DNA of 27,121 nucleotides from a virus (Duplodnaviria; Heunggongvirae; Uroviricota; Caudoviricetes): IMG/VR virus record IMGVR_UViG_3300029288_000124; one strand, 5' to 3'. Shown piece by piece: positions 23,832 to 27,121 of this stretch (position 1 is its first letter; each line of letters starts with the position of its first letter). The notes under the pieces were generated by a model. It saw only the letters and a program-made list of their open reading frames with translations, ran no database searches and was not told where the DNA came from. The position numbers and the translations under genes were made by a program.

Positions 23832-24071
23832 TTATCCTACCTCTTCAAAACCAAATCCGTCTATTGAACCGTGTCCTTCGGCATCTACAACATCAAAGGT
23901 TTGTATCTCATCCCTCTTTGGATAATAATCTACCCTGACCCACCAGTGTCCGTGCTCAAAGAACGCAGTAATTCCTTTCCGCTTCTTAAAGTGTTTGTGT
24001 GCTGCTGCCAACACCTTTGTTTTCATTGTGGTTGTGTCTCTTTCCGACGGTAAAAGTTTCTTTGTTACCAT
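23832..24071 (-). CDS. Phage-type hypothetical protein (FEHGHWW...VVDAEG...DGFxFE)
   Basis: Motif-rich short ORF with GGAG SD. Confidence 0.7.
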   Translation of the reverse strand: MVTKKLLPSERDTTTMKTKVLAAAHKHFKKRKGITAFFEHGHWWVRVDYYPKRDEIQTFDVVDAEGHGSIDGFGFEEVG

Positions 24072-24152
24072 TTTATACTCCTTTTTTGGTTTTTTATCAC
24101 CGATGCTATGTAACCTGATTGTGTTTCCTTGATTTTTCCCTTAACTTTTCAT
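24065..24152 (-). pseudogene. Gene fragment homologous to the C-terminus of 22153-22452
   Basis: KVKGKIKETQSGYIASVIKN vs GEVKETSSGYVAKVMKN; no in-frame start. Confidence 0.5.
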
Positions 24153-24182
24153 CCATGTGTTCACCAACGGTATTTATCGATT

Positions 24183-24410
24183 TTAATCATCTTCTTGGAA
24201 GTTTGCACGCGTTCTTGCCTTTTTAGTATCTCTATTCGGCTTACCATTATAATCTTTCCAAATATCTTTTGGTTTGACTAGTGGTTCGCCTGTTTTTTTA
24301 ACAGTTTGTTTTTCTTTCTTTCTGAATCGTTTTGTTGATTCTTTGCGCGTCTTTTTTAGTTCTTCTCTATATGGATGACATAGTTCATGATATTTTTTTG
24401 TTCGTGTCAT
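24183..24410 (-). CDS. Lys/Arg-rich hypothetical protein
   Basis: AGGTGAG SD. Confidence 0.65.
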   Translation of the reverse strand: MTRTKKYHELCHPYREELKKTRKESTKRFRKKEKQTVKKTGEPLVKPKDIWKDYNGKPNRDTKKARTRANFQEDD

Positions 24411-24467
24411 AACTCACCTAATTTGAATTGGATCTCAGTTACTTTTGTTCGAGTTTTGTTAACATTT

Positions 24468-24740
24468 TTATTTCCACCCTTTTGAAGTTAACTTATATTC
24501 TTTTGATAATCTGTATTTTGGTTCTCGCGTTAAAACATACCCTTTTTTTGGTGCTTTTGTTTCACGGATGTTGATGTAGATCACAATAAATTTGTTAAGG
24601 TCTTTAAGTTCTTTTACATATGTATCAACTTCTGCCCTAGTCTCAAAGTACTGATGTGATCCGCGATCTCTTCCAGATCCATCCACTCCCACTACACTGT
24701 ACTTTGGATATTTCCCACCTAATGCTGTATATACTGCCAT
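24468..24740 (-). CDS. Hypothetical protein
   Basis: YFETRAEVDTYVKEL motif; TAATCATG coupling. Confidence 0.7.
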   Translation of the reverse strand: MAVYTALGGKYPKYSVVGVDGSGRDRGSHQYFETRAEVDTYVKELKDLNKFIVIYINIRETKAPKKGYVLTREPKYRLSKEYKLTSKGWK

Positions 24741-24742
24741 GA

Positions 24743-25041
24743 TTATTTTCCCCCACTTATTCGTTTAAGTTCCTTTTTTCGCATAAGATAATCATCATAT
24801 GTGATCTTTGAACGAATTACAAGATCATCATATCCTATATTGCGACTTTTAGTAATGGTGCATATTCTTTCGGGGTTGCGAGGTTTGTGTCGTTGACAAT
24901 TCCCGGATCTGCACTACTGTGTTGACCTAAATGCTGATACGATCCACAATATTTTCCCGTTGGATCTGTCGGAATTTGGGGGAATAATGCTATAATATTC
25001 CCGCCTTTTCTCCACTTCCTAAAAACCACTTTTGTTACCAT
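24743..25041 (-). pseudogene. Frameshifted tandem paralog of 25035-25373
   Basis: After APLLK the homologous tail NIGYDDLVIRSKITYDDYLMRKKELKRISGGK* continues in another frame; net 4-nt loss near 24843-24850. Confidence 0.75.
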
Positions 25042-25373
25042 GACTGGTTACCCCTTTTCACTATATTTGCGCTTAACCTTCGTGACAGTGTAGCCTCTTG
25101 TATTCTGAGCTGCTGATCGTTATATGTAATTTTTGATTTTATATCGAGATCTCTATATCCTACGGCTTTGAGTTCTTTAAGCAGTGGCGCATAGTCTTTC
25201 TCTGTTGCCGTTGTCGTGAGTTCAACTATAGATGGATCTGCCGACCCGTGCTGACCCAAATGTTCGTAACTCATACACAGTTTTCCCATCGTGTCACCGG
25301 GAACTTGCGGGAACAGCGCTATAACGGTGCCTCCTTTACCTTTCCATTTTCTAAAAACTACTTTTGTTGTCAT
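25035..25373 (-). CDS. Phage-type hypothetical protein (VVFRKW...IALFP...SYxHxGQH family)
   Basis: Clear motif; intact copy of the tandem pair. Confidence 0.8.
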   Translation of the reverse strand: MTTKVVFRKWKGKGGTVIALFPQVPGDTMGKLCMSYEHLGQHGSADPSIVELTTTATEKDYAPLLKELKAVGYRDLDIKSKITYNDQQLRIQEATLSRRLSANIVKRGNQSW

Positions 25374-25552
25374 TTAGTACTCCACATAAACCATTTCTTC
25401 CCGAGTCTCCGAACCTCTTCTCCGTTAGATAATACTCCCACGTTATCTGCCAAATATGGTCGTTTAATCTTTCGTTTAATATTTGGCTTGATTGGAGCCG
25501 TCTTCTTATCTACAATCATGTATATGTGTGCTGTTACGGGTGTGTGTGCCAT
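25370..25552 (-). CDS. Hypothetical protein (60 aa)
   Basis: Coupled at both ends. Confidence 0.6.
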   Translation of the reverse strand: MAHTPVTAHIYMIVDKKTAPIKPNIKRKIKRPYLADNVGVLSNGEEVRRLGKKWFMWSTK

Positions 25553-25795
25553 TTATCCGCTCCTTACTATGAACAAATATTTTTCTACTGTTATTGGGGT
25601 TGGTTCTGATTTGCCACGGTATATTATCGGGTTACCCTTTTCATTGAGTTGAATACCTACTGCGGTCTTTTTATTGATTTTAATAAGTTCTAATTTTCCA
25701 TATATCGGACAAAATGCAACATCACCAACACGATATTTCTTATCAAATTCTTCCGCGATACGATCTCTCCGTTTTTGTGCGTCTCCTTTTGTCAT
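25553..25795 (-). CDS. Hypothetical protein, possible KOW/SH3-like (likely start MTKGDAQ)
   Basis: YRVGDVAF...GKLELIKINKKTA. Confidence 0.65.
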   Translation of the reverse strand: MTKGDAQKRRDRIAEEFDKKYRVGDVAFCPIYGKLELIKINKKTAVGIQLNEKGNPIIYRGKSEPTPITVEKYLFIVRSG

Positions 25796-25796
25796 T

Positions 25797-26081
25797 TTAT
25801 TTCCTCTCTTTTTTTGCAAATAAGAAATATTCTAAACGGTTGTCGGCCATACCCGTTTCAACATCCCATCCATCTTTGCGCATTTCCACAGCTATGCGAT
25901 CTCGTAATTCTTTGAATCTCCGATCTCCGGGTTCTCTGTAAACCCAATATGCGTCAATCCATGTGTATTTGTTAGCAAAACTTAATCTTATTGTTGGATG
26001 TCGATGATTTTTATCTGGATCACTAGACACCTTACCCTTATGTTTGCGAATTATATCTATCCAATCCTGTCGTGTTGGCAT
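25797..26081 (-). CDS. Hypothetical protein (likely start MPTRQDW)
   Basis: GGAGG SD; ATG 1 nt after the upstream stop. Confidence 0.7.
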   Translation of the reverse strand: MPTRQDWIDIIRKHKGKVSSDPDKNHRHPTIRLSFANKYTWIDAYWVYREPGDRRFKELRDRIAVEMRKDGWDVETGMADNRLEYFLFAKKERK

Positions 26082-26082
26082 A

Positions 26083-26349
26083 TTATTTCCTCCACTCCAT
26101 TGTCTGCCATCTCTTGTGGCCTCGACCTTGCATTGCCAATGCAATTGTTCTCTCGTGTTTATGTCCAACTAATATTGGTTTTTTTGGGTTGTCTAATATC
26201 AAAGATACATATGGATAATTCCTTAACTCTTTCAGGTTCTTCAGACCCGCCCGTTTAATAAATTCTTCTTCTGTTAACTCTTCATTAATACCTGAAAGTA
26301 GGTGTGCGCCTTTTACAAACAATTTTTTCTTATCTGGTTCTGTTGACAT
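26083..26349 (-). CDS. Hypothetical protein
   Basis: ORF in operon; its 3' end supplies the next SD. Confidence 0.65.
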   Translation of the reverse strand: MSTEPDKKKLFVKGAHLLSGINEELTEEEFIKRAGLKNLKELRNYPYVSLILDNPKKPILVGHKHERTIALAMQGRGHKRWQTMEWRK

Positions 26350-26369
26350 ATTTTACTGCATCTCTCTTT

Positions 26370-26564
26370 TTATTTATCCCACGGTCTCTTGATACCATCA
26401 TATACCCACACGCTTTTTCCAATTGCTTTCGCTAAAAACCCTTCCGGAGTTTCGTTATTAATCTTATTCGCTACGCGTTTTGCACCTGTTTCTGTCGGAT
26501 ATGTATGATATAATACGAAAACTTTGTTGTCAATTCTTCTCTCATATTTTGGTAACTTGGGCAT
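26370..26564 (-). CDS. Hypothetical protein, SPOR-like family
   Basis: IDNKVFVLYHTYPTETGAKRVANKI...GFLAK...VWVY. Confidence 0.7.
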   Translation of the reverse strand: MPKLPKYERRIDNKVFVLYHTYPTETGAKRVANKINNETPEGFLAKAIGKSVWVYDGIKRPWDK

Positions 26565-26809
26565 TATTTTCTCCTTACAAATACTTCGTACCGGGGATCT
26601 GTTGGAGATGCTTGTTTTATTCTCGCACCATACCCAAGTTGATCCAACATATTCCGATTTACAACGGCATCAGTTTTATCAACATGTCTTTTTCCCATTG
26701 TATGATAGAAATATTTTCCGATCTTTGTTTTCCCATTATACTCAATCGCATGTTCTGCATACTGCCTGACTAACATTAACTTTTTATCATCTTGAAATGC
26801 TCTTGACAT
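26564..26809 (-). CDS. Hypothetical protein, SPOR-like family
   Basis: KTDAVVNRNMLDQLGYGARI...YEVFVRRK. Confidence 0.7.
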   Translation of the reverse strand: MSRAFQDDKKLMLVRQYAEHAIEYNGKTKIGKYFYHTMGKRHVDKTDAVVNRNMLDQLGYGARIKQASPTDPRYEVFVRRK

Positions 26810-26821
26810 TTGTTTTTCGCC

Positions 26822-27070
26822 TCAAATTATCTTATTATTGATTTTTTTCTTCATCATCATTTTCTTTATCTTTCGTTCCATTTTTAAGAGCTCCGGGTAA
26901 TATGCATCACCTAATTCAACCCAATGATCTGCTGTTATACGTCTCTGTTCTTTTGGAACATCTGAGTGTTCCCATTCTACTTTCATACCCATCTTCAAGA
27001 TATTTTCTGGGATACGTTTCCAATCGTTTGGTTTTGATAAGTGACCCCCATACTTCTTTACTTTTTCCAT
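26822..27070 (-). CDS. DUF5661-like protein
   Basis: LKMGMKVEWEHSD...ITADHWVE..DAYYPELLKME matches the LxMGxKVExEH...IAxDHLxExxxYYxxLxxME pattern. Confidence 0.6.
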   Translation of the reverse strand: MEKVKKYGGHLSKPNDWKRIPENILKMGMKVEWEHSDVPKEQRRITADHWVELGDAYYPELLKMERKIKKMMMKKKINNKII

Positions 27071-27074
27071 TATG

Positions 27075-27121
27075 TTACTCCCCCTTTGGTTTCTGTCTGC
27101 GTTTACATATATATCTGTAAT
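27075..27121 (-). CDS. 3' end of a gene truncated by the window edge
   Basis: ...YRYICKRRQKPKGE*, with GGGGGAG acting as SD for the next gene. Confidence 0.5.
   Translation of the reverse strand, partial: YRYICKRRQKPKGE

Noticed and set aside
36-27120. All plus-strand ORFs in the track
   Set aside because: They are antisense shadows of Lys-rich minus-strand genes (Phe/Leu/Ser-rich), lack SD motifs and overlap well-supported genes.
1-27121. CRISPR array, tRNA or rRNA genes
   Set aside because: No regularly spaced 23-47-bp repeats and no cloverleaf or T-loop signature found by eye; tRNAscan was not run.
3815-27121. Integron cassette array
   Set aside because: Genes overlap or abut, leaving no room for attC stem-loops, and no integrase is present.

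Overview
AT-rich, gene-dense window with essentially all real genes on the minus strand. It has two parts. (1) 48-3656 is a 1202-aa secreted protein: signal peptide, N-terminal beta-sandwich, PTTE linker, 12 tandem ~76-83-aa Ig-like repeats and a C-terminal IPT/TIG domain with no membrane anchor. (2) 3815-27121 is a nearly gap-free, translationally coupled array of about 85-90 very small genes (mostly 36-185 aa, Lys-rich), about a dozen of them missed by the ORF track. GGAGG/GAGGTGA ribosome-binding sites, TATA-like boxes, an oligo-T terminator and the PTTEPT linker suggest a virus or large extrachromosomal element of an archaeon, possibly a methanogen (inference; no capsid, terminase, polymerase or integrase gene is in the window). 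Recognisable by motif: a ParB/Srx-like domain, a minimal nucleotidyltransferase, a TYW3/Taw3-like motif protein, a YodL-like protein, a DUF5661-like protein and about 10 Zn-ribbon proteins. The array contains several internal paralog families (at least 10 SPOR-like miniproteins) and signs of turnover: a solo IS608-type (IS200/IS605) left end with its TTAC target, a nonsense mutation, two frameshifts and a gene fragment. Family calls are from motif recognition by eye, not database searches.
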